The notes below the pieces were generated by a model. It saw nothing but the letters and a program-made list of their open reading frames with translations, was not told the DNA's origin and ran no database searches. The position numbers and the translations under genes are program-made. Shown piece after piece: positions 49,281 through 61,714 of a stretch of DNA of 64,000 bases. The first letter of the stretch is position 1; each line of letters starts with the position of its first letter. Where the stretch lies: NCBI RefSeq assembly GCF_963921235.1, contig NC_086097.1, forward strand, positions 103,790,001-103,854,000. Reading direction: 5' to 3'. This stretch comes from Mobula hypostoma. Lineage: Eukaryota.

Positions 49281-49860
49281 TTATCGTGGGATTGAGTTTA
49301 GGAGCCAAGGGGTAATGTGCGGGAGTACTGTGCACAGTTCTGTTTGCCTCACTACAAGGAGGATGCGGAAACCATAGAAAGGGTGCAGAGGAGATTTACA
49401 AGGGTGTTGCCTGGATTGGGGAGCATGCCTTATAAGAATAGGTTGTGTGAAATCAGCCTTTTCTCCTTGGAGCGACAGAGGATGAGAGGTGACCTGATAG
49501 AGAAGTACAAAACGATAAGAGGCATTGATCGTGTGGATAGTCAGAGGCTTTTTCTCAGGGCTGAAATGGCTAGCACGAGAGGGCACAGTTTTAAGGTGCT
49601 TGGAAGTTGGTACAGAGGAGATGTCAGGGGTAAGTTTTTTTTTATACAGAGAGTGTCGAGAGCATGGAATGGACTGCCGGTGACGGTAGTGGAGGCAGAA
49701 ATAATAATGTATTTTAAGAGTCTCCTGGATAGGTACATTGAGCTTAGAGAGGTAGAGGGCTATGAGTAACCCTAGGTAATTTCTAAGGTAAGGACATGTT
49801 CGGTACAGCTTTGTGGGCCAAAGGGCCTGTACTGTGCTGTAGGTTTTCTATGTTCTATGT
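49281..49860 (+). mobile_element. CR1 3' fragment
   Basis: EYCAQFCLPHYKED..RMRGDLIE. Tail ttttctatgttctatgt. Confidence 0.88.
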
Positions 49861-49877
49861 ACTCCAGCAGAGCAGTT

Positions 49878-50885
49878 ACCATAGAAACCACAGCACAGAA
49901 ACAGGCCCTTTGGCCCTTCTTGGCTGTGCCGAACCATTTTCTGCCTAGTCCCACTGACCTGCACACGGACCATATCCCTCCATACACCTCCCATCCATGT
50001 ATCTGTCCAATTTATTCTTAAATGTTAAAAAAGAACCCACATTTACCACCTCGTCTGGCAGCTCATTCCATACTCCCACCACTCTCTGTGTGAAGAAGCC
50101 CCCCCCCAATGTTCCCTTTAAACTTTTCCCCCCTCACCCTTAACCCATGTCCTCTGGTTTTTTTCTCCCCTTGCCTCAGTGGAAAAAGCCTGCTTGCATT
50201 CACTCTATCTATACCCATCATAATTTTATATACCTCTATCAAATCTCCCCTCATTCTTCTACACTCCAGGGAATAAAGTCCTAACCTATTCAACCTCTCT
50301 CTGTAACTGAGTTTCTCAAGTCCCGGCAACATCCTCGTAAACCTTCTCTGCACTCTTTCAACCTTATTTATATCCTTCCTGTAATTTGGTGACTAAAACT
50401 GAACACAATACTCCAGATTCGGCCTCACCAATGCCTTATACAACCTCATCATAACATTCCAGCTCTTATACTCAATACTTCGATTAATAAAGGCCAATGT
50501 ACCAAAAGCTCTCTTTACGACCCTATCTACCTGTGACGACACTTTTAGGGAATTTTGTATCTGTATTCCCAGATCCCTCTGTTCCACTGCACTCCTCAGT
50601 GCCTTACCATTAACCCTGTATGTTCTACGTTGGTTTGTCCTTCCAAAGTGCAATACCTCACACTGGTCAGTATTAAACTCCATCCGCCATTTTTCAGCCC
50701 ATTTTTCCAGATGGTCCAAGTCCCTCTGCAGGCTCTGAAAACCTTCCTCACTGTCTACTACACCTCCAATCTTTGTATCATCAGCAAACTTGCTGATCCA
50801 ATTTACATTATCATCCAGACCATTGATATAGATGACAAATAACAATGGACCCAGCACTGATCCCTGTGGCACACCACTAGTCACA
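49878..50885 (-). mobile_element. Young 5'-truncated CR1, same subfamily as 27642-29020
   Basis: ORFs 50393-50884 and 50063-50353 are nearly identical in protein sequence to ORF 27509-28756. Confidence 0.92.
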
Positions 50886-51338
50886 GTTCTACAATAAGAG
50901 TTGCAATGTTGACATGGAACAGAGAAAATCCAGCATACTCGATGTCAATGTGGGTACATTTGAGGAACAAATATCTGTGAACCACAAGTTTGAATCCCTT
51001 TAAATCTTTTTATTGAATAAGTATACAAAAAAGGTAAGCCATATAAACATTAATACAATGTTAAAGTATAATAAAATTCCAAAAGGTATCAATACCAAAA
51101 AAAATACTACAAACAATGTAATTTAAACATAAGAAACCAAGATAACATAATAGTATACTAAATTTTATATATATCAATGGAAAAAAAAAGAAAAAAAACC
51201 CCAAAAAAAAACCCACCGTGCAACTAACTAAAAGCAAAGCAATGGGCTAACTTGAAACCAAACAGAGTTAAACTTAAAATCACGTCCTCAATCCCGACCT
51301 CCATTAAAAACAGTGAAAAAAAACAAGAAGGGTAAATA

Positions 51339-54300
51339 TTACATTAAATGAAAATATCGAATAAAAGGTCCCAAAATCTGTTCAAATTTAAATGAAGAAT
51401 CATAAAGGTTACTTCTAATTTTCTCCAAATTCAAACATAAAATCGTCTGAGAAAACCAAAAAAAGGTAGTTGGAGCATTAAGCTCTTTCCAATGTTGTAA
51501 AATACATCTTTTCGCCATTAAAGTAAGAAATGCAATCATTCTACGGGCTGAAGGGGAAAGATTACTAGAAATTTTAGGTAGTCCAAAGATAGCAGTAATA
51601 GGGTGAGGAGAGATATCTATATTTAATACCTTAGAAATAATATTAAAAATATCTCTCCAAAAAGTTTCCAAAGTAGGGCAAGACCAAAACATATGAGTTA
51701 AAGAGGCTATCTGCCCCGAACATCTATCACAGAAAGGATTAATATGCGAGTAAAAACGCGCTAACTTATCTTTGGACATATGTGCTCTATGAACCACTTT
51801 AAATTGAATTAGGGAATGTTTAGCACAAATAGAGGAAGTATTAACTAATTGTAAAATCTGCCCCCAATCATCCACAGAAATGGTAAGCCCCAATTCCTGT
51901 TCCCAATCTACCCTAATCTTATCAAATGGAGCTTTCCTAAGTTTCATAATAATATTATAAATCATAGCCGATGCACCTTTCTGACATGGATTGAGGTTAA
52001 TTATCGAATCTAAAATATATGTAGGAGGAAGCATTGGAAAGGAAGAAAGTATAGTACTTAGGAAATTTCTAACTTGTAAATATCTAAAAAAATGTATTCT
52101 TGATAAGTTATATTTATTAGATAATTGTTCAAAAGACACAAGGAAACCATCTAAAAATAAATCCAAAAACCGTAAAATACCCTTAGTCTTCCAAGTTTGA
52201 AAAGCGCGATCCGTAAAAGAGGGAGGAAAAAATATGTTACCTAAAATAGGAATCGCTAACCCGAATTGATTAAGATCAAAAAATTTTCTGAATTGAAACC
52301 AAATGCGCAAAGCATATTTAACTATCGGGTTAGAGACCTGCTTAAGGCGTTTCGAATCAAAAGGGAGGCAGGAGCCTAAAATAGAGCCAAGTGTATAACC
52401 CTGAACAGATTGTAGTTCCAATGCTACCCATTTAGGAATAGATAGTATATCCTGATCAAGTAACCAAAATTTCATATGTCGAATATTAATAGCCCAATAA
52501 TAGAATCTAAAGTTAGGTAATGCTAAACCTCCATCTCTCTTAGCTTTCTGTAAATGTATTTTACCCAGTCTCGGATTCTTATTCTGCCAAATAAATGAAG
52601 AAATTTTAGAGTCAACTTTATCAAAGAAAGATTTTGGAACAAAAATTGGTAATGCCTGAAACACATATAAAAATTTTGGCAAAAAAAACATCTTAACTGC
52701 ATTAATACGACCAATCAAAGTTAAATATAAGGGAAACCATTTAGATGAAAGTTGAGTAATATGGTCTATTAATGGTAAAAAGTTAGTCTTAAATAAATCT
52801 TTGTATTTACAAGTAATTTTAATCCCAAGATATGAGAAATAATTATTAATCAATTTAAATGGAAATTTATAATATAAGGGAAGATGTTTATTAATCGGAA
52901 AAAGTTCACTCTTACTAAGATTTAATTTATAACCTGAAAAAAAACCAAATTGTGCTAATAACTCTAAAACAGCAGGAATGGATTTCTCAGGATTAGAAAT
53001 ATATAAAAGTAAATCATCAGCATAGAGTGATAATTTATGGGACTTTAATCCCCGAGTTATCCCAGTAATATTTGAAGATTCTCGAATAGCAATTGCAAGA
53101 GGTTCTAATGCAATATCAAATAATAGGGGACTAAGAGGACAGCCTTGTCGAGTACCTCGAAAGAAAGGAAAAAAAGGTGAGTTTAAAGAGTTAGTACGAA
53201 CCGAGGCTACAGGGGAATGATATAACAGTTTAATCCAGGATATAAATTTCAAGCTAAAATTAAACATTTCAAGCACCTTAAATAAATAAGGCCATTCTAC
53301 TCTATCAAAAGCTTTCTCGGCATCTAAAGAAATAACACACTCAGGAACATTTTGTGAGGGAGTATAAACGATATTTAACAATGTACGAATATTATAAAAA
53401 GAGTAACGACCTTTAATAAAACCCGTTTGGTCTTCCGAAATAATAGAAGGAAGTACTTTTTCTAGTCTATTTGCTAATAACTTAGAAAAAACTTTAGAAT
53501 CAACATTTAATAAAGATATTGGTCTATAAGATGCACACTGAGCAGGGTCTTTATCCTTCTTTAGTATTAGAGAAATTGATGCTCTATTAAAAGATTCAGG
53601 AAGTTTACCAAGTTTCAGAGAAGCCTCAAAAACCCTACAGAGCCAAGGGATCAATAAAGAAGCAAAACATTTATAAAATTCAACGGTAAACCCATCCGGG
53701 CCAGGAGCTTTCCCCAGATTCATAGAAAAAATAACATTCTTAATCTCATCCATTGTAATGGAAGTATCTAATAAAGAAGACATATCCTGTGAAATCTGAG
53801 GGAAGTCTAACTTATCTAAAAAATCATTCATATATTTAGAATCTCGAGGAGACTCTGATTGATATAAAGAAGAATAAAAATCACAAAAGGTTTGATTAAT
53901 CCCCACATGATCCAGTATCAATCGATCATTTTGGTTATAAATCTGATTGATTTGAGATTTAACATAATTAGATTTCAATTGATTAGCCAGCAGCTTGCCA
54001 ATTTTGTCACTGTGAACATAAAAGTCACTTCTTGTTTTCTTTAATTGGTTTACAATCGAGGACGAGAGTAGTAAACTGTGTTCCATTTGAAGTTCAGTTC
54101 TTTGTTTGTATAACTCCTCAGAAGGAGCCATAACATATTTCTTATCAATTTCTTTAATCTTGTCCACAATTGCCATCTCCTCCTGCTTCTGTTTCTTCCT
54201 CAAAGCAGCAGAATACGAAATAATCTGACCCCGAATATAGGCTTTAAAAGTGTCCCAAAGAGTGTTAACCGAAATATCCTCTGTATGGTTAATTGTAAAA

Positions 54301-55116
54301 AAAAAGCTCAATCTGTTCATTCATAAAGTTAACAAAGTCCGAGTCCTGAAGCAACAGCGAATTAAAACGCCATTGTCTATTATTTGGTATATTGGCCATA
54401 ATTTTAATAGAAAGCTTAAGTGGAGCATGATCCAAAATGGTTATAGAATCATAATCACATTTAATCACTGAAGGAATAAGACGAGAATCAATAAAAAAAT
54501 AATCAATTCTTGAATAGGAATGATGAACATGTGAAAAGAAGGAAAAATCTTTTTCCTGAGGATGCAGAAAACGCCAAATGTCCGTCGACCCAGAATCAGA
54601 AAGGAAAAAATTAATCAAATTTGCAGATTTATTAGGTAAGGTCCGTAAAGGAGCCGAACGGTCCAAAGCTGGAGACAAACAGGTATTAAAATCTCTGCCC
54701 CAGATCAATGAAAACTCGTTCAAATTCAGAAACTGATTAAACAATGATTTATAAAATTCCGGACAATCCATATTAGGAGCATAAACATTAACCAAAACTA
54801 CTTTTTTATTAAATAGTAAACCACTAACCAATAAAAATCTACCATTCGGATCAGAAATAATATCCTGTTGTATAAAAGTAACTGAGGAATCTATAAAAAT
54901 AGAGAGGCCTCGAATCTTAGCATTGGAGTTCGAATGAAATTGTTGTCCCTTCCAGAATTTAAAAAAACGTAGTCTGTCCCCCCTCCGTACATGGGTCTCT
55001 TGTAAAAATAAAATTTGTGCTTTAAGTCTCCGGAACACTTTAAAAACTTTTTTCCTTTTAATAGGATGATTAAGACCGTTAGTATTCCAGGAGACAAAAT
55101 TAATAATAGACTCCAT
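51339..55116 (-). CDS. L1 ORF2p (APE endonuclease, RT, CCHC); one +1 frameshift
   Basis: SWNTNGLN, LQETH, NVYAPN, SRIDY; SLDAEKAFD, GTRQGCPLSPLLF, YADD; CDRC..HMFWSC. The two track ORFs (54289-55131 and 51339-54320) fuse if the A9 run at 54297-54305 is A8. Confidence 0.92.
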
Positions 55117-55836
55117 AAATCCTAAAGTCAACCCACAACAAGGAGGATTGACGATAGGCTCGACCCACGAACCCGGAGAGGAAACAGAACATACGAAAGA
55201 TACCGGGAAAAAGGACGCAACCAGTACTTCAATAATGTATATAGCCCAAAGAGAAAAAAACTAAAACGTGAAGCCCCTCCCGCCACCCTCCGCCCCAAGA
55301 CCCCAAGGCAAAATCTAAAGCAGACCCGCCCGAAAGAAGCAAGCGCTAAAACTACCCCCATGACTTGAGGTATACGCTCCCTAAAAAAAAGGTATAAATA
55401 TGAAAAAGATCAGCTAATTGTAAAACAGTAAAAAAGTAAAAAAAAGGTAACTCAATTAAAATACACACACAACAGAACAAAAGCCAGAAAATATATATTA
55501 AAAAAAGCCACAATAAACCCCAAACCCATGAATAAACACAACAACAAGAAAAAAATAAGATTATTGACATAAAGTAGTTATAAAAAGCAAAACAAAATAA
55601 AATTTTTTAAAAAACTACAAAATTTAAGGCCACACAGGAAATACGTAAGATGACAAAAAGGAAGTAACCACCCAGAATCCCCTGGGAAAAGAAAGAAATG
55701 ACGCAGTTGAAAAGAAAGTTTAGCAACCATATTAAGAAATCAAGAATAAACTTTTCTGCCCAAATAGGGCACGAAAAAGTTAAAACCAACCAATTCACAG
55801 CCTCCGATCAACGGAGATAATTAAAAAAAATAGCAA

Positions 55837-56737
55837 TTAAGATGTTGAAGGTGAAAGTTGATCCAGATATCTCTGGGCATCCGATGGAGAATCAAAAAAA
55901 CGAAGGACTCCATCTGACATGCGAATCCTTAGACGTGCAGGGTACAGCAACGCTGGTCTTAAATCCATCTTATAGAATTCCGACATCACAGATCTGTAGC
56001 GAACCCGTTGGTCCCAGATTGGTTTACTGAAATCTTCCACGAATCGGAACCTAAGATCCGAAAAATCAATGAAACCTTTAGATCGAGCAAATCGAAACAG
56101 TCTCTCCTTGTCTTGAAAGTAATGAAAACGTAAGATAACATGCCTAGGTCTATCTGACCTAGACGAGTATGATGGGATTCTGTGAACACGATCCAGTAGC
56201 GGTGGTTGGTCAGGAAATACAGTAGGGAATGCATCTTTTAAAAGTTGAGAAAAATACTTCATGGGGTTGTTAGATTCCACAGCTTCACGCACCCCAATCA
56301 TTCGTAAATTCTGCCGTCGCATTCTAGATTCCAAGTCAGAGTTTTTAAAAGTCAGAAAGTCAAGTTTCTTCTTCATTACATTAATTGTTTCTTCGATTTT
56401 CCCCATCTTAAGCTCACTTTGTTGCGCAAATTTTTGAAGATCAGATATAGCCGACTGATGTTCCGCAATAGATGTTTGCATCTTATCAATTGAATCGGCA
56501 ATTTTCTGGAGATTAATTGAGATTTCCGTATGAATCAGGTCTTTAACAGAGTCTGCAATTTCCGTACGAATCATCTCCCTAACAGAGGTTGAAATTTCCC
56601 TCTGAATTAACTCCGATATAGCTTTCAAAGTCACCGGTGATTCAGTCGGGGGGGAAATCCATACCTTTCGGTTTAACCGGAGGTTTACCATCCTTGCCGT
56701 TTTTCCCGTTCTTAAACATAGCAGATCTAAGTTCCAT
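55837..56737 (-). CDS. L1 ORF1p (coiled coil, RRM, CTD); one +1 frameshift near the N-terminus
   Basis: DLESRMRRQNLRMIGVRE, LDRVHR, RPRHVILRFHYFQDKE, LLYPARLRI. The upstream ATG at 56737 (MELRSAMFKNGKNGKDGKPPVKPKGMDFPP) joins the main frame if the G7 run at 56648-56654 is G6. Confidence 0.88.
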
Positions 56738-58515
56738 CCAGTTGTCGGAGAATTCAGTTTAATTCAAAGTATTGTAAGAGTTGATGCCATTAATGGTTAA
56801 TTAAAGTATAGCTGACCATAGAGGAAAAAAAACTCAGAGGTAATGGAGCGAGTCAAGAACGCGACTTCACTCCATGAGCGCTACCGGAAGTCCCTCCACA
56901 AGTTTGAATCCCAAGGGGTAGTTCAGCGTGTTCACCAAGAAGGCACTCTGAACCTATGTCATATCCAATAGCACAAGATGCTTCTGAGAACATTGATTTA
57001 CAGTAGGATGATAGAAATCTAAATGCTGCAATAAAGGTCATAAGGACAGAAAAGGAAATAACCAGCATAGTGATGCAACAACAACGCATTGCACTTCTGC
57101 ATAAAAGAGACTCAAACCTTCAATGGCGATCCATTGCAGTATCATTCATGAGGGCTTTCAAGAATAGCAATGAAGGAAAGACTGATAATTATGGTAACTG
57201 TCTCTATTTCTCTAACAATTCACTGGAGGTTATCTTATAGAGCTTGTCAAAAGTTGCCAGTGGGTCAGCCCAGAGCTTTCTAAAGGCTTTCCTTCAGGGA
57301 CATTTTGGTGAAGAGCACAAAATTGTTGCGGCCTACATGGAAAAGGATCTTTCTTACCAACATATCAAATCAGAAAATATGAAAGCTCTTCAAGATTACA
57401 GTCTCTTTTCTTCGAGGCTGTTTAAATGCCATGGAAGACACGTAGGACATGCATGAGTTGGACATGCCTGCTGATGAGAATTGTCATAAATAAATTATCC
57501 CAATACCTTTGGGAAAAATGGAGATCAGTGGTCTAAAAACTGCAGGGAAGACACAACTGTAAGGTTACTTCCACTGACATTGTTGATTTTATTGAAAGAT
57601 AAGTGAAGGTTACTACACACCCAGTGTTTGGAAAAAATACAATCCTACATCGCCGGCAATAAGTAAAGGTGCAAACAAAACTGGATCCAAACTCAAGCTA
57701 AAGGAAGCAGCTACAACTGAGCCTGGAAATGATGAAAAGCATGCAGATTAGAAGCCAGCTGTGACTAAAGCAAACACAGCAGTGAGTGGCACCCTGGTAT
57801 CTAATCACCTTACAGGGGATAGTGATCATGATTGTAAACTTTCAATTAACTCCAGTTCAGGTGAAGCTGAGGAAGAGTAATATGACAGAGGTTATTTATG
57901 CTTTCCTAGGTCAAGGAAGTACAGTGAGCCTCATGAACAAGCACAACCTGACAGGAAAAGGAACACGCATTCTCTCATGCACAATAGTCAAGAGAAGGTT
58001 GAGCGTAGCTACATCATTTCAGGATTGGAAATGGCTGGCTGAAATAGTGAAAACTATTGTGAACTGCCTAACATCTATACACAAGAAAATATGCCTGTGT
58101 ACAAAGGGAACATTCTTCACCACCGAGAGATCTTCATGAATTGACTAACCTAAAGGATATTCATTTGCCAGAAATTGACTCTGAAATTGAGCTAATAGGG
58201 GTGAAGGTGCCTCAGGCTTTGATTCGCAGTGTTGATAGACCATTGAAAGGACACCATGGTGGTGGAAGAGACTACATTTGGCCCGAGTTGACAGTTAATG
58301 GGTCTTCAGTTTCATGCTGGTAAAAGCAAAGGGAATAAGAGTCATATTTTTGCTTATTTGGTTGAAGTTTGTAGCCTTCAACCAGCAGATGTTGTATCTT
58401 TTTCTGACTGCTCAATAATACTTAATTACACTTAGCTTACACTTGAGTATGTTTAAGTTTCATCGCTTCAAGATTGTATGTCTGCCCATTGCTAATATAG
58501 GATTTGACTTGGACC

Positions 58516-59930
58516 GTAAGACCATAAGTCATAAGAGCAGAATTATGCCATTCAGTCCATCAAGTCTGCTCCGCTATTCCGTTATGGCTGATCCCAGATC
58601 CCACTCAACCCCATACACCTGCATTCTCACCATTTCCTTTGATGTCTTGACTGATCAGGAAACGATCAACTTCCGCCTTAAATATACCCACGGACTTAGC
58701 CTCCACCACAGTCTGTGGCAGAGCATTCCACAGATTCACTATTCTGATTTTAAAAATCCTCCTTACCTCTGATCTAAAAGATTGCCCCTCAATTTTGAGG
58801 CTGTACCCTCTAGTTCTGGATACCCCCACCAGAGGAAACATTCTCTCCACATCTACCCTACCTAGTCCTTTCAACATTCAGTAGGTTTCAATGAAGTCCC
58901 CTCCGATCCTTCCAAATTCCAGTGAGTGCAGGCCCAAAGCTGCCAAACATTCCTCGTATGTTAACCACTCCTTTCCCAGAATCATCCTCGTGAACCTCCT
59001 CTGGACTTTTTTCCCCCAAAGACAACACATCCTTTCTGAGATATGGAGCGCAAAACTGTTGACAATACCCTAAGTGCGGCCCGACTAGTGTCTTACAAAG
59101 CATCAGCATTATCTCCTTGCTTTTATATTCTATTCCCCTTCAAATAAATGCCAACATTACATTTGCCTTCTTTACCACAGACTCAACCTTGTCTTGCACG
59201 AGGACTCCTAAGTCCCTCTGCACCTCTGATGTTTGAACCTTCTCCCCTTTAAGATAATAGTCTGCACTGTTGTTCCTTTTACATAAATGCATTATCACAC
59301 ATTCACAGCACTGTATTCCATCAACCAATATTTTTGCCCATTCTTCCTACTTCTCTGTCCTGCTGCAATCACATTGCTTCCTCAGCACTACCCACCTCTC
59401 CACCCATCTTTGCATCATCTGCAAACTTTGCCATAAAGCCATCAATTCCATTATCTAAATCACTGACAATGTGAAAAGTTGCAGTCCCAATACTGAACCC
59501 TGAGGATCACCACTAGTCACTGGCAACCAACCAGACAAGGCCCCTTTTATTCCTACTCGCTGCCTCCTGCCGGTCAACCATCCCTCTATCCATGTCAGTA
59601 TCTTTCCTGTAACACCCACAGGATTTTATCTTGTTAAGCAGCCTCGTGTACGGTACCTTATCAAACACCTTCTGAAAATCCAAGTAAATGACATCCACTG
59701 CCTCTCCTTTGTCCACCCTGCTGGTTACTTCTTCAAAAAGAAACTCTAATACAGATTTGTCAGGCAAGATTTCCCTTTACAGAAACCATGGTGACTTTGA
59801 CTTATTTTATCATAAGTCTCCAAGTACCCCGAAGCCTCATTCTTAAGAATAGACTCCAAACATTTTCCCAACCACTGAGGTTAGGTTAACTGAGCTATAA
59901 TTTCCTTTCTTTTGTCTTGGTCCCTTCTGA
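58516..59930 (-). mobile_element. 5'-truncated decayed CR1
   Basis: AVDVIYLDFQKVFDKVPY; QRDLGVLVQD; tail taagaccataagtcataag (+). Confidence 0.85.
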
Positions 59931-61714
59931 AAGACTTTTGGAACAATCACTTTGTTGGAGCAGAGGGTGTGTCATGCAAGTATAACAAATCCGTAGAGTC
60001 AACGGCAGCGGCAATTGTTTTGGTTTGGTTGGTTTTGTTTTGTCACTACAGTAGTAGATGGAGTGAATTCTACCTGGAGGTCAGTAGCCAGCAGTGTTCT
60101 GCAGTGATTTGTCCTGGGGCCCCTCCTCTTTATGATTTTAATAAATGACTTGGATGAGAAAGTAAAGTGTGGATTAGTAAGTTTACAAATGACACAGCAA
60201 TTGGTGGTTTGTGGATAGTGTAGAAGGCTGTCTAGCTTTACAACAGGTAATTGATGGGATGTAGAGCTGGGCGGAGTGATAGTAGAAGGAGTTCGATCTG
60301 GAAAACTGAAGTGATACACTTCGGAAGGTCAAACTTGTAGGCAAAGTAAAGGGTTAAAGGCAGGATCCTTAGCGGTGTGGAAAAATAGAGAGATCATCTC
60401 CATAGATCCCTCAAAGTTGCCACGCAGGTTGATAGGGTGGCTAAGAAAACATATGGTGTGTTAGCATACATTAATCAGGGGACAGAATTCAAGAGCCACA
60501 AGGTAAACGTTCCAGCACATGCTCTTTCTTAATGCCATGTTCTATCAGCCTGCTTTACACTGTCCTCACAAATGTCAAGGTGTCTCTCACTGGTGAATAC
60601 TGAAGCAAAGTATTCATTCAGGACTTCCCCTACCTCCCCTGACTCCAGGCACGTTTTCTCTTCTATCACTGATCAGTCCTATCCTCACTCTAGTCATCCT
60701 CCTGTTCTTCATATGTGTAGAACACCTGGGCTCTCTCTTCCTGCCCTGCAATAGGCAATTCTGATCTCTCTGCCCTTTCATTGGCTCACTGTTCTCAATT
60801 CCTTACGGAAATTTCCCCATACACTTCCACTTTAGTTCAGTCTGGGGATGAGTGAACAGCTTCACTGAGCAAAGAGTTGAATGTGGATACTGAGTGCTTT
60901 GATTTGGCAAATTGCTGCAGTGTAGGCAGTGAAGCTGGGGGAAAGGAGTCAAACCCACAAATATACAGTATACTCATAATGAAGACATATTCCCAAATGA
61001 GGAAATCTTTAACCTACTAGCATTATCCTTGGGGTGTGAGAGAAACAGTGGAGTAGTCCTTCAAAGTGAGAGTAATTTGCTATACAAGTGGCCTACTTCT
61101 GCTCCAGAGTTATAATATAAAATATAGAAGTTTTGATGTTAATGAGGTAAAGGCAACAGGATGGAAAATGCAACTGAGACCAAGATTAAATCAGCCATGT
61201 TCTTCTTGAATGGAAGCACAGACTCCAGGGGGCAAAAGGTTCACACGCACAGGAAGTTTTCATTTCACATTCTAAGTGTCATCAACAAGCACTGTCGCTG
61301 CAATTCTGGGTAGTATTTGGTTCTTCCTTAAATTTCATGAACTCAAGTTTCATGGTAAGTGTATGGAATGCACTACTGAGGGTGGTGGTGGAGGCAGATA
61401 CATTCAGGTTGTTAAAGAGACATGGATAAAAGAAAAATGTTAGGGGTATGTGGGAGGGAAGGCTTAAATTCTTCTGGAGTGCATTAAAAGGTTGGCACAA
61501 CAACATGTGCCGAAGGGCCTATACCGTTCTATGTTCAAAGCAAGAAAATAACATTGGGTTCGCACCATTTAACATCAATTTCCTCCAGTAACTCAATTCA
61601 CACCCTCTGGAGATAATCCATTCACAGCTTTACCGTGCCCCCAACCAAATGGAGTCTTCTTAAAATCCCATATGGGACTGCTCCAATAAGAATTTTAAGC
61701 AGCCCTACAGGATT

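Larger units (their letters stand above)
50999..56895 (-). mobile_element. Full-length L1-clade LINE (~5.9 kb) with a 17-bp TSD
   Basis: TSD ccacaagtttgaatccc at 50982-50998 and 56896-56912. 5' end agggacttccggtag; ORF1, 720-bp spacer, ORF2; 3' AATAAA with a very short A tail. Confidence 0.96.
47505..60050 (+). mobile_element. Decayed BEL/Pao LTR retrotransposon carrying nested CR1s, a V-SINE and the full-length L1
   Basis: Termini TGTAG...CTACA with a 5-bp TSD gtagt (47500-47504 and 60051-60055), inside a CR1 that resumes at 60051. Shared LTR end cagcagcaattgttctggtttggttttgctgctaca (to 47668) / cagcggcaattgttttggtttgg..gtcactaca (to 60050). Gag HFGEEHKIVAAYMEK..IKSENMKALQDYSLF and protease-like TPVQVK..YAFLGQGST at ~57100-58300. 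Confidence 0.8.

Noticed and set aside
54289..54320. Programmed ribosomal frameshift in L1 ORF2 at the U9 run
   Set aside because: L1 ORF2 is normally one continuous frame, and a similar +1 lesion occurs in ORF1. Slippage or sequencing error is more parsimonious.
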